DNA from: Chloroflexota bacterium
GTDB taxonomy: Bacteria > Chloroflexota > UBA11872 > VXNJ01
NCBI GenBank assembly: GCA_965261345.1
Contig: OZ253449.1
Span: forward strand, 1,792,001 to 1,856,000
Reading direction: 5' to 3'
Length of the DNA stretch: 64,000 nt
How positions within the stretch are numbered: position 1 is the first letter of the stretch; the number at the start of each line of letters is the position of its first letter. Below are positions 49,086 through 58,507 of the stretch, piece after piece. Both the position numbers and the translations under genes were made by a program. The notes below the pieces were generated by a model. That model ran no database searches, was not told the DNA's origin, and saw only the letters and a list, made by a program, of their open reading frames with translations.

Positions 49086-50714
49086 ATGGCCAAGCAAGTA
49101 GCGCTCGACGCCGAAGCCCGCAAGCTTTTGCTTCAGGGTATCGACACTGTAGCCAACGCGGTTCGAACCACCCTGGGGCCCAAGGGTCGCAATGTAGCGC
49201 TTGGCAAAAAGTTCGGTGCACCGACGGTTACCCATGACGGAGTCACCGTAGCCAAAGAAATCGAACTTGAGCAGCCCTTCGAGAACATGGGCGCGCAGCT
49301 TATCAAGGAAGCCGCTTCCAAAACTAACGACGTCGCCGGCGACGGCACCACGACCGCCACAGTCTTGGCACAGACCATCCTCAAGGAAGGACTGCGCAAC
49401 GTGGCCGCCGGGTCCAACCCGATGATCATCAAGCGCGGAATCGCCAAGGGCGTCGATGCGCTGGTTGAAAACCTCAAAGGCCAGGCCAAGCAGATCAAGG
49501 GCACCGAGGAAATCGCCCAGATCGCCTCGATTTCGGCTGCTGATGCCGAAATCGGCAACATGATCGCCAAGGTCATGGACAAAGTCGGTAAAGACGGGGT
49601 GATCACGGTTGAGGAGTCCAAGGGACTCGAACTTGAAGACGACTACGTCGAAGGACTGCAGTTTGACCGCGGTTACCTGTCGCCGTATTTTGTAACCGAC
49701 CAGGACCGCATGGAGTCGCAAATCGAGGATCCCTACATCCTCATTACCGACGGGAAGATCTCGGCGGTGTCGGACATCCTGCCAACCCTTGAAAAAGTTA
49801 CCCAGGGCGGCAAGAAGGATTTCGTCGTAATCGCCGAGGACATCGAGGGTGAGGCGTTGGCCACCCTGGTCGTTAACAAGCTGCGTGGAATCCTCAATTG
49901 CCTGGCGGTCAAAGCGCCCGGTTACGGTGATCGCCGAAAAGAGCTCCTCCAAGACATTGCAATCATCACCGGCGGCACCGTCATCGCCTCCGATATGGGC
50001 CGCACCCTCGATAGCGTAATCGTCGAGGACCTGGGGCGTTCGCGGCGTGTATTTGCCACCAAGGATGAGACCACCATCGTCGAGGGCGTCGGTACCGACG
50101 AATCTCGGCTCGGTCGCATCAAGCAGCTGGATGCCCAAATCCGCGAGGCCACTTCCGACTATGACCGCGAAAAGCTCGAGGAACGCAAAGCCAAGCTCTC
50201 CGGCGGCGTCGCGATCATTCGCGTCGGCGCGGCAACCGAAACCGAGCAGAAGGAAAAGCAGCACCGCGTGGAAGATGCCATTTCGGCAACCCAGGCGGCG
50301 ATTGAGGAGGGCATCGTAGCCGGCGGCGGAGTCGCCCTGGTCAACGCCCTGGAAGCCCTCGATACGGTACAGGTCGACGGCGATGAGTCGGCCGGAATTC
50401 GCGCACTGCGCCGGGCGTTGGTTTCACCGCTTGAGTACATTGCCGAAAATGCCGGTCACGACGGCGGGGTTGTAGTACAAGAGGTTCGCCGTCTCCATGT
50501 CGAATCCGGCAACGCCTTCATCGGTTTTGACGTGATAACTGAAGACTATGTAAACATGTTCGACGCCGGCATAATCGACCCCTTAAAGGTCACCCGCTCG
50601 GCTTTGGAAAACGCGGCCTCTATCGCCAGCATGATCCTGACCACCGAAGCGCTGATTGCCGACCTGCCGGAGGAAAACGCGCCTGCCGCCGCCGGGCCGG
50701 AGATGGGTTACTAG
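49086..50714 (+). CDS. groEL: Chaperonin GroEL
   Basis: [34 protein letters not shown] and GIIDP.KVTRSAL.NA.S. GGGAG RBS. Confidence 0.98.
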   Translation: MAKQVALDAEARKLLLQGIDTVANAVRTTLGPKGRNVALGKKFGAPTVTHDGVTVAKEIELEQPFENMGAQLIKEAASKTNDVAGDGTTTATVLAQTILKEGLRNVAAGSNPMIIKRGIAKGVDALVENLKGQAKQIKGTEEIAQIASISAADAEIGNMIAKVMDKVGKDGVITVEESKGLELEDDYVEGLQFDRGYLSPYFVTDQDRMESQIEDPYILITDGKISAVSDILPTLEKVTQGGKKDFVVIAEDIEGEALATLVVNKLRGILNCLAVKAPGYGDRRKELLQDIAIITGGTVIASDMGRTLDSVIVEDLGRSRRVFATKDETTIVEGVGTDESRLGRIKQLDAQIREATSDYDREKLEERKAKLSGGVAIIRVGAATETEQKEKQHRVEDAISATQAAIEEGIVAGGGVALVNALEALDTVQVDGDESAGIRALRRALVSPLEYIAENAGHDGGVVVQEVRRLHVESGNAFIGFDVITEDYVNMFDAGIIDPLKVTRSALENAASIASMILTTEALIADLPEENAPAAAGPEMGY

Positions 50715-50741
50715 TCCGCGGGTAAACACCGCAAGCGTAAT

Positions 50742-50778
50742 AAACGCCCCGGTCGCCTGCAGGCGACCGGGGCGTTTT
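50742..50778. terminator. Intrinsic (probably bidirectional) terminator
   Basis: AAACGCCCCGGTCGCC-TGCA-GGCGACCGGGGCGTTTT between the convergent groEL and darA-like genes. Confidence 0.88.
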
Positions 50779-50805
50779 GCGTCGGGTCCCCGCGGGGACC
50801 GGGAC

Positions 50806-51090
50806 TTAGACCCGGGTGAAGTTGGCCAGGTTTGAAACCATGATCCAGCCGCCGCTCTTGCCGGCATGGGCGCGCACCGCGGCGATCGCCCGCCCGACAT
50901 CCTCGCTGGCGACTCCAATCAAAAACGTGACATTACCGCGCCGCAGGAAGCCGCCGGCGGTGTTGATGCGAGTTACCCGCAACCCCTCGGCTAGCAGGCC
51001 CTGTTGTAGTCGATCGGCCGCGGCGTGGGTAACGATCGCCAATAAGGCCTTGGTTACGGTTGCAGCCGTCGGCGGGGATTGATCGGGCAT
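50806..51090 (-). CDS. PII-like cyclic-di-AMP receptor (DarA/PstA, DUF970), shortened
   Basis: K.LLAIV…A..L…L…G.RVT.I.T.GGFLRRGN.TFLIGV and a C-terminal GG.I.V…..F..V. Confidence 0.82.
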   Translation of the reverse strand: MPDQSPPTAATVTKALLAIVTHAAADRLQQGLLAEGLRVTRINTAGGFLRRGNVTFLIGVASEDVGRAIAAVRAHAGKSGGWIMVSNLANFTRV

Positions 51091-51234
51091 TCCGGTCCAA
51101 ATGGGTGTTGGTAATTTGCAGGACTCAATATATTGTCCGTTGCCGGCGCAGCCAATCAATCGGTCACGGATAATCGATGCATCAAAAAGTCCACAAAAAT
51201 TTGCGGGCAATTTCAAATTTCGGGGCTCACAACG

Positions 51235-52098
51235 ATGCGTAGCGCAACCACGCTGAACAGGTCTCAGCCGCGCACCCACTTGATCCTGCATGCTGCCGCA
51301 TTCGTGCTGGGTTTTACCGCATTGTTTTCAATTGCCGGATTCTCGTTCGGCATTGTTGGCAGCCTGGTTGACGAATATCGACCGATCATCAACGTGGTGG
51401 TGGGTCTGGCGCTGGCTGTTTTCGGCCTGCACATGGCCGGTCTTTTCCGCGAGTTGGCCTTCCGCCTAGCCGGACCCGCCGGTCCCGGTCGATTCGACCT
51501 GCTGCGCCGCGCGGTTGCCGGCGCCAGCGCCAGGTTGGCAGGTGTCCTGTACCGCCAGGGTCAGGTTGAGTTTTCCCCGACCCGGTCCGGTTACCGTTCC
51601 TCGTTTGCGGTTGGCGTTGCTTTCGCCCTCGGGTGGACACCTTGCGTGGGTTTTATTCTGGGCGGCATCCTCACCGCGGCCTACAACACCGAATCTGTTT
51701 TTGCGGCCTACCTATTACTGGTTGCCTACTCGCTCGGCCTGGGCATTCCCTTCCTGGCACTGGCGGCATTTACCGACCGGCTGCAGGGACCGCTGGCGGC
51801 AATGAGCCGCCGATCAAACCTGATTGCAATCATTTCTGGATTGCTGCTGACCGTCTTCGGTCTTTTCATCGCCTTCGACCTGGTTGGCCTGCTCTCGACC
51901 TACCTGTTGGCGGTCCCCTTCATAAGCGATGAATTCCTGCTCGACAGCTCGTCTAACATCGGCGTCTCCTGGCTGGTTCCGTCATTTGTGGCCGGATTAC
52001 TCTCATTCCTCTCGCCCTGCGTGCTACCGCTGGCCCCGGTCTACCTGGCGCATTTGACGGCCCGAGTTTCAGCCGATCAAATTGGCGTTGCCCCGTAG
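51235..52098 (+). CDS. ccdA: Cytochrome c biogenesis thiol-disulfide transporter CcdA, circularly permuted
   Basis: AFVLGF, AFALGWTPCVG.ILG.IL and AYSLGLGIPF. The normally N-terminal F.AGLLSFLSPCVLPL.P.YL segment lies at the C-terminus. Confidence 0.88.
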   Translation: MRSATTLNRSQPRTHLILHAAAFVLGFTALFSIAGFSFGIVGSLVDEYRPIINVVVGLALAVFGLHMAGLFRELAFRLAGPAGPGRFDLLRRAVAGASARLAGVLYRQGQVEFSPTRSGYRSSFAVGVAFALGWTPCVGFILGGILTAAYNTESVFAAYLLLVAYSLGLGIPFLALAAFTDRLQGPLAAMSRRSNLIAIISGLLLTVFGLFIAFDLVGLLSTYLLAVPFISDEFLLDSSSNIGVSWLVPSFVAGLLSFLSPCVLPLAPVYLAHLTARVSADQIGVAP

Positions 52099-52186
52099 CG
52101 ACCGGTAATCTGAGTTTTTAAAGATCGCCATCGCCCAGGAGAAATGTTCGATTAATCGTCAATCGCCAGAATTCAACGCGGCCGCC

Positions 52187-53284
52187 TTGGTTGGCTTCCG
52201 CGACCAGATCGATGAATTCGACCGACAGATGGTCGAACTGCTCAACCGCCGGGCGGCGGTCGTTACTCAGATCGGACGCGCCAAGTCGGCCAGTGGAGAA
52301 CCGGTTTTTGTTCCCGCCCGGGAAGCCGATGTAATCCGCCGGGCGATTCTCCATTCGGCCGTCAATACCGAAGGCGCCCTTGGAGCCGAGGCTCTGGCGG
52401 CGATATTTACCCAAATAATCGCTGCCTGCCGTGCGCTGGAGAAGACTCTGCAGGTGGCCTACTTGGGCCCGCCGATGACGTTTAGCCACGATGCCGCCCG
52501 CAAGGTTTTTGGCGAGAACGCCGACTATGTGCCGGCCAATGCGATCGACTCGATATTTGCGCTGGTTTTTCGCGGCGACGCAGATTTTGGCGTGGTGCCG
52601 ATCGAAAACAGCGCCGCCGGCATGGTCGGCGACTCAATCGACGGATTCATGCGCCATGACGTGTCAGTTATCGCTGAGACCAGCGAAAGGATCGTCCACA
52701 ATCTGCTTTCGACCTCCGACCTGGGCGAAATACAGGCGGTCTACTCACATCCGCAGGCCCTCGCCCAATGTCAGGACTGGATCTCCCGTAACCTTCCCGC
52801 CGCCGAACGGGTAGAGGTTGCAAGCACCGCCGCCGCCGCGATTAAGGCCAGCACCGAGCCCAGATCAGCCGCGATTGGCCTTGAGGCCGCCGCCCTGGCC
52901 AATGGCCTTGACGTCGTGCGCCGCAACATCGAGGATTTTTCGGCTAACAGCACCCGTTTCTTTCTGCTTGGCAAGCGCGCCAACCCTGCCACCGGCAACG
53001 ACCGAACCGCAATGATCTTTGCGGTCAAAGACCGGGTGGGTGCCCTCCATGAGGTTTTGGGCGCGCTGCGTGATCGCAATGTCAACCTGTCCAATTTGCA
53101 ATCGCGGCCGGCGCGTGGACTGCCCGGCGCGATCGCTGGGCACTACGTCTTTTACGCCGAATTCGCCGGCCACCGCCTCGATCCCAGCGTGGCCGATGCG
53201 ATCGAGGCGGTTCGAGAGATGTGCTCGGAAGTGCGGATCATCGGGTCGTGGCCGGCCGAACTGCTCGGGGCACAACTCGTATAA
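52187..53284 (+). CDS. pheA: Chorismate mutase/prephenate dehydratase
   Basis: R.QID..D…VELLN.RA, YLGP..TFSH, VVPIENS, YSHPQALAQC, N.TRF and an ACT domain (NLSNLQSRP). Confidence 0.95.
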   Translation: MVGFRDQIDEFDRQMVELLNRRAAVVTQIGRAKSASGEPVFVPAREADVIRRAILHSAVNTEGALGAEALAAIFTQIIAACRALEKTLQVAYLGPPMTFSHDAARKVFGENADYVPANAIDSIFALVFRGDADFGVVPIENSAAGMVGDSIDGFMRHDVSVIAETSERIVHNLLSTSDLGEIQAVYSHPQALAQCQDWISRNLPAAERVEVASTAAAAIKASTEPRSAAIGLEAAALANGLDVVRRNIEDFSANSTRFFLLGKRANPATGNDRTAMIFAVKDRVGALHEVLGALRDRNVNLSNLQSRPARGLPGAIAGHYVFYAEFAGHRLDPSVADAIEAVREMCSEVRIIGSWPAELLGAQLV

Positions 53285-53287
53285 GGG

Positions 53288-53545
53288 TTAGTGGCGCGGC
53301 CTTTTTTCGAGGATCAGCCGGGCCAGGAACCAAGCGGCAAAGCAGACCAATCCGATTGCGGCGACGACTAGGTACTGATCGGGATCTAGGTCAAAGAATG
53401 GCCAGAGCAGCAATCGGATTACAAAGAACGCGGCGTAGATAACAAACGTCACGTTGATCGACCAGAGCAGGCGGCGGCGGAAACCGGAGTGGATGATGAA
53501 TCCGCCGGCAATCGCCAGCGAGAGCAGGATCAATATCCGAAGCAA
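53288..53545 (-). CDS. Small membrane protein (3 TM)
   Basis: 85-aa hydrophobic ORF abutting the K+ channel stop codon on the same strand. Confidence 0.65.
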   Translation of the reverse strand: MLRILILLSLAIAGGFIIHSGFRRRLLWSINVTFVIYAAFFVIRLLLWPFFDLDPDQYLVVAAIGLVCFAAWFLARLILEKRPRH

Positions 53546-54559
53546 TTAATCGTTCCCGAGGATGGAATCGGCGGCGCCGGATATTGCCGCCAGCGATGCC
53601 GGCGACCCAACCGCCACTATTAGATCGCCGCCGCCAATCCGGGTTTGCGGTCCGGGCAGCAATTCGACGTTGTCCACACCCTTCGCCAACGCCAGCACCG
53701 GCAGATTGGTGTCGGGTTCGCGCAGCAGTTCACCGACGCTTTCACCTACCAGCCTGGAACGCGGATGGACGCGCAATTGCTTCATCGAAATCGACCCGAT
53801 TTGATCATCTAGCAGGGCCTCAACCACCAGTCCGACCAGGGGAGTGGTCAACTTGGTCGCGATCGCCCGCGAACCGGCAGCATAGGGGGTGATCGCATCG
53901 TTGGCGCCGGCGCGCAACAACTTTTCGACCGCGGCGTCTTGTTCGGCCCGGGTAATTATTTGGATCTGCGGAGCAAGTGCCCGGGCCGAAAGGGTCACGA
54001 AGGCGTTTACCGAATCGGATCCGACCGCAGCGACCAGGCTGTCGGCGTTCTCAATACCGGCCTCGCGCAGGATTTCGTCCTCGCTGGCATCGCCGCCGAT
54101 CGTCGGGTAGCCAGCGCTGCGGGATCGTGCGGCGCCGGTCTCGTCGGGATCGATTACAACTACCTGGCGGCCGCTTGAAATCAGCTGGCGGGCTAACTCG
54201 GCGCCGAGCCGGCCGAACCCGCAGATTATGGTGTGTGCGTTCAATCGTCTGATCCTCCGCCGCGCCCGAGCGCTTCCGATCTCGCCGCGAACGACTCCGG
54301 TCACAAGATATTCGGCAAATTGGGTGATCGAATAGAGCGCCGCCGACACCCCGACAACAATCACTACGATGCTAATTACGGTGCCGGATGGAGTCAGCTC
54401 GCGCGGCGTGCCGTAACCGACGGTGGTAAGGGTGATCACCACCATGTAAACCGACTCGAGCAGCGACCAACCCTCGATGAAGTAGAAGGCTGCGGCGCCG
54501 GCCACCAAAAAGGCGATGCCAGCCGCCAGGGCGACCAGTTGGAGTTGGTGTCGGCGCAA
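53546..54559 (-). CDS. Potassium channel with TrkA-N/TrkA-C (RCK) domains
   Basis: Selectivity filter TLTTVGYG, HTIICGFGRLG, GDA…L..AGI..A and KL.RAGA. The start is approximate (TTG at 54559). Confidence 0.92.
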   Translation of the reverse strand: MRRHQLQLVALAAGIAFLVAGAAAFYFIEGWSLLESVYMVVITLTTVGYGTPRELTPSGTVISIVVIVVGVSAALYSITQFAEYLVTGVVRGEIGSARARRRIRRLNAHTIICGFGRLGAELARQLISSGRQVVVIDPDETGAARSRSAGYPTIGGDASEDEILREAGIENADSLVAAVGSDSVNAFVTLSARALAPQIQIITRAEQDAAVEKLLRAGANDAITPYAAGSRAIATKLTTPLVGLVVEALLDDQIGSISMKQLRVHPRSRLVGESVGELLREPDTNLPVLALAKGVDNVELLPGPQTRIGGGDLIVAVGSPASLAAISGAADSILGND

Positions 54560-54800
54560 ACTCGTCTTACTTACCCCCGGATTCTGGCAGAGAACCCATT
54601 GTCGGTAACCGGTGCTCGGCTCCAATCGCTGCACCCGACCGGCGGGCCTCGGACGGCAATGTTCCCACGTCCCGCGGGCGGTCAACTGGCGCCAATCGGG
54701 CAATCTGCCACCCGGATACGGTCGGCAAAATCCACCTACCTGGCAAGCGTTGCAATGTCAGTTAAGAATTGATTTGCAGGCGAAAGTCGTAATCTTACAT

Positions 54801-56579
54801 ATGGCGTCCCGACCGCGCTTTCGAACGGAAATCGCAACGAGTTGCCGGCTGCTGCTGCTCGCCGGCCTGTTGTTGCTTCTCGCATCCTGCCAGCAGACGA
54901 CCGAGACCGCAGTTAGCAGCCAGCCCCCGACCGCGGTGCCGACCCCGCTGCAAAAGGGATTCGAGTTGGCCCGTTTCCACGCCGAAACCGCCCAGCTGCT
55001 GCAGCAGGGAATTCGGGTCACCGCCACCGAAGCGGTTACCGACGAGGTGACCTGGAATATCGTGATCGAATCGCTCCCGTCGGCCGACCTGGTACGAATG
55101 TTTTTTGAGGCCGCCGGCCCCCAAACGGCCACGCTTGAGATCGCCGGCACCACCGACCGGATTTACATGCGTGGCCAAAATTCTGAGCAAACGATCGACT
55201 GGGTCAGCTTGCCGGCCACCGGCAGCGAAAAAAATACTTTCTTTGAGGGTGCCCCGGGCCTCGCCCTGCTTAACGCCGAGCGGCTCCTAAAGGCGTGGGA
55301 GGAAAAGCCGGCCACCGTCAGCTGCGGTGATGGGTTTACCTGCTATTCACTCATCTCCAGCCGAGAACCTGGGATCGAATTGCTGGTCAATGAGGATTCC
55401 TATGAGCTGGTCAGCTTCATTGAGGATGGCGACGCCGACGGCGAGGGTTTGCAATTCGATGTCAAATGGGCGGCCGAAATCAACATCGATCTGCCCGGCC
55501 AGGTTGACGAGAGCGAATTGTCACCAGAACAATTCCGCGACGTTTTCGTGAACCTGCTTGGCGCGGTTACCAACACCGCTCTGGAAACCGGCGCCTCACC
55601 CGCTGAGCTTGATATCGGCCAGGGATCGCCCGTGTTCCGTGATCTGGGCCGGCGCCTAATTGACCAGTTTTATGCAGGCGATCTGGAGTCGCTCTGGGAG
55701 CTGATGAACGAGGATTCACGTACCGGATTCGAGTCGGTAGAAAACCTTGCCGAGGCGCAGGCGGCGATGCTCGATTCGTTTGGTCGTGAAACGCTCGTCT
55801 ACGAGGAGTACATCACCCGGGTGGGTGAGTTCGAGATCTATGAGCGGATCGCTGGGATGGTTGATGCGGCCGGTCCGATTTCGCTGCGCATGGCATTTGA
55901 CGCCGACGGCCAGATCGCCGGATTCGACATCGACTACGCGGTAAGCGGCGAGCCGCCGATCGAAAATCCCAACGCCGACATTCCCTCCGACGTTCGCTTC
56001 GAACTCCCTTTTAGCGGCCAGTACGTAGTCCAGTGGGGCGGGCGCTTGTCGGTCCAGAACCGCCACGCGATTGATCCGCGGCAACAATTCGGCTATGACT
56101 TTGTCTTTTCTCGCAACGGTAGCCTGCATCGCGGCAGCGGTCTGGTCAATGAGGACTTCTTCTGTTTTGGCCAACCGGTGTTGGCCCCGACCACCGGGTC
56201 GGTGTTTCTCGTAACCGACGGTAGTCTGGACAACCCGCCGGGCTCCACTAGTCAATCGAGCGAATATGGGAACCATGTCGTACTCTCGCTGGGGGCTGGC
56301 CACTACGCCTTCCTAACCAACTTGCGCCTTGATTCGATCGCGGTGATCGAAGGACAGGTTGTAAACGCGGGCGAGAAGATCGGCGAATGCGGCAACAGCG
56401 GCGCATCGTCGTTTCCGCACATCCATCTGCACATCCAGGACGGCCCTGACCCGCTGCTCGCCTACGGGGTTCCGGCGCGATTTAGCGACTACGAAGTGGC
56501 CGGTTTTGGTCCGGTCACCACCGGCGAACCGACCTCGGGTCAAACGGTCGGCAACCGACCGGCCCAGGCCGGTCGCTAA
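54801..56579 (+). CDS. Multidomain lipoprotein with a C-terminal M23-family peptidase domain
   Basis: Lipobox LLASC. V.WGG, QFGYDF, FGQPVLAP..G.V, GNHVVL and G.CGNSG.S..PHIHLH. The middle domain resembles DUF3887. Confidence 0.85.
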   Translation: MASRPRFRTEIATSCRLLLLAGLLLLLASCQQTTETAVSSQPPTAVPTPLQKGFELARFHAETAQLLQQGIRVTATEAVTDEVTWNIVIESLPSADLVRMFFEAAGPQTATLEIAGTTDRIYMRGQNSEQTIDWVSLPATGSEKNTFFEGAPGLALLNAERLLKAWEEKPATVSCGDGFTCYSLISSREPGIELLVNEDSYELVSFIEDGDADGEGLQFDVKWAAEINIDLPGQVDESELSPEQFRDVFVNLLGAVTNTALETGASPAELDIGQGSPVFRDLGRRLIDQFYAGDLESLWELMNEDSRTGFESVENLAEAQAAMLDSFGRETLVYEEYITRVGEFEIYERIAGMVDAAGPISLRMAFDADGQIAGFDIDYAVSGEPPIENPNADIPSDVRFELPFSGQYVVQWGGRLSVQNRHAIDPRQQFGYDFVFSRNGSLHRGSGLVNEDFFCFGQPVLAPTTGSVFLVTDGSLDNPPGSTSQSSEYGNHVVLSLGAGHYAFLTNLRLDSIAVIEGQVVNAGEKIGECGNSGASSFPHIHLHIQDGPDPLLAYGVPARFSDYEVAGFGPVTTGEPTSGQTVGNRPAQAGR

Positions 56580-56582
56580 CCG

Positions 56583-57752
56583 GTGGGCTGGTCGGTTGCC
56601 CAAAAGACGGGCCTTACCTTCGCGCGTTCCCAGTTGGTCTACAACGGCTACACCCTGATCTGCCCGGCCGGCACCACAACGATCTATCTGATCGACATCC
56701 AGGGCAGGGTCGTTCACACTTGGCAACCGGACTTCTTCCGATGCAATCATGCCAAATTGCTGCCCAACGGGAACCTGCTGGCGCTGGGGCGTGAGAGCTC
56801 GATCGGCATGCCGTCTCCCCCGATGCCGGGCGATCCGGCCCTCCCCTTCCACGAGGATGTAAGGCGACTGGGCGCCAACGCCACCGAATTGCGTGAGCTG
56901 GATTGGGACGGCAATCAGGTATGGAGTCACCGCAATTGGTACCTGCATCACGACTTTGCGCGAACCGCCGACGGTCACACCTACGTGCTCGAGTTCGCCC
57001 AATTCTCAAAGGAGCTGACCGCCCGGGTCCAGGGTGGGTACACCCCGCCGGGCGAGGATCCGCCGGAGCAGTTGATCGGCGACGATGTGGTCGAACTTGA
57101 CCAGGCCGGTGCTGAGACCGGTCGCTGGTCGGTGCACGAATATCTGGACCCCGAAATCGACCGACTCTGCCCGCTCGACCTGCGCCATGAGTGGACCCAC
57201 GCCAACAGCATCGATGTCGACGGGGCGCGCCTGCTGCTCTCGCTACGCAACACCCATACGGTGCTGGTCCTCGACCGCGAGGCGGACGAAATCACCTGGC
57301 GCTATCAGTGGCCAAAGATCGCGCACCAGCACAACGCCACTTTCGTAAATGGCGGAAACGTACAGATTTTTGACAACGGCGCCCACGCCCCGCGGCTGCA
57401 GTATTCGTCGATCGTTGAGGTGGACCCGGAAACCAACGAGGAAGTGTGGCGCTACCGGGGGACTCCGAACGAGCAGTTTTTTTCCGGCCACTTATCGGGC
57501 GCCCAGCGGTTACCCAACGGCTCCGTCCTGATCTGCGAAGGTACATCCGGCCGTGTATTTGAAGTGCTGCGCCGCGGTGACGAGGTGTGGGAGTGGATCA
57601 GCCCGTTTACGGTCGGCCGCGCCAACGGAGAGGGCAATTCCTGGCTGTTCCGGGCCTATCGCTACGGATTGAGTTACCCGGCGTTTAAAAACCGACGGCT
57701 GGACCCGCAGGACCATGCGAGTCTGAATCGGAGCTATTCGCTGCTCGACTAG
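56583..57752 (+). CDS. Arylsulfate sulfotransferase (ASST) family protein
   Basis: YLID..G.VVHTW, LLPNGNLL, HHDF, WTHANSI, HQH.A, FDNG, FFS…SGAQRLPNG..LICEG..GRVFEV and FRAYRY. Confidence 0.9.
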   Translation: MGWSVAQKTGLTFARSQLVYNGYTLICPAGTTTIYLIDIQGRVVHTWQPDFFRCNHAKLLPNGNLLALGRESSIGMPSPPMPGDPALPFHEDVRRLGANATELRELDWDGNQVWSHRNWYLHHDFARTADGHTYVLEFAQFSKELTARVQGGYTPPGEDPPEQLIGDDVVELDQAGAETGRWSVHEYLDPEIDRLCPLDLRHEWTHANSIDVDGARLLLSLRNTHTVLVLDREADEITWRYQWPKIAHQHNATFVNGGNVQIFDNGAHAPRLQYSSIVEVDPETNEEVWRYRGTPNEQFFSGHLSGAQRLPNGSVLICEGTSGRVFEVLRRGDEVWEWISPFTVGRANGEGNSWLFRAYRYGLSYPAFKNRRLDPQDHASLNRSYSLLD

Positions 57753-57771
57753 CCCGATCGGCGCCTGGAAA

Positions 57772-58488
57772 CTACAAACCCAGGGTGTTGAGCCATTTGC
57801 CGAACATCGCGGTCCCGGCATCGGCCAGCGGTCCGGCCCATAGATCGGCGCCACGGCGCAATTCGGCGACGGTCGATACTCGGCTCGACGAGATTTCAAA
57901 ACTGTGCCCCACCAGCCAGGGTTCGATTCCGCCGCGATCGGTCTCGGCGTGAAACTGCAGCGCCAGCGCGAAATCGCCAATCGCAAATGCCTGCACCGGG
58001 CAGGCCCGGGTACTGGCCAGCAGTTCGGCGCCGACCGGCAATTGACAGCAGTCGCCGTGCCAGTGCAGCACCCTGACTCCCTGGAGTTTGGCAAGTGGCG
58101 AGGTAAGCCCGGCGGTGGTGAGCTGGACTGGTCCGTAACCCAATTCCCGCTCGGCGCCGGGCGTGACCGCAGCTCCCATTGCCGATGCCATTAGCTGGGC
58201 GCCCAAGCATATCCCCAAGGTTGGCAGCTCATGTTCCAGGCGCCACTGCACGAGCTCGCGTTCAGATTGCAGGAACGGGTACTCAGGTTCCTGGTAGACG
58301 CCGATCGGCCCGCCCAGGACCACCACCAAGTCGACGCTCCGGGCCGAGTCGAGATCGTCGTCCCACGCATCCAGATAGGAGACCGTGTGGCCACGGCCGA
58401 CCAGCAATCCCTCAAGCAGGCCGAGGTCCTCGAACTGGAGGTGTCGAACGGCAATTACCCGCAGGGTGGCAGCGCTCCCCTCGGGCAC
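57772..58488 (-). CDS. Class I glutamine amidotransferase
   Basis: VVLGGP, LGICLGAQL (Cys), WHGD and LQFHAE (His-Glu). Confidence 0.92.
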   Translation of the reverse strand: MPEGSAATLRVIAVRHLQFEDLGLLEGLLVGRGHTVSYLDAWDDDLDSARSVDLVVVLGGPIGVYQEPEYPFLQSERELVQWRLEHELPTLGICLGAQLMASAMGAAVTPGAERELGYGPVQLTTAGLTSPLAKLQGVRVLHWHGDCCQLPVGAELLASTRACPVQAFAIGDFALALQFHAETDRGGIEPWLVGHSFEISSSRVSTVAELRRGADLWAGPLADAGTAMFGKWLNTLGL

Positions 58489-58507
58489 CCGCCGGGCACT
58501 CGGCCTG

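Noticed and set aside
48966-50264. 432-aa ORF antisense to groEL
   Set aside because: It is the familiar antisense shadow produced by the codon bias of highly expressed chaperone genes, and it has no motifs of its own.
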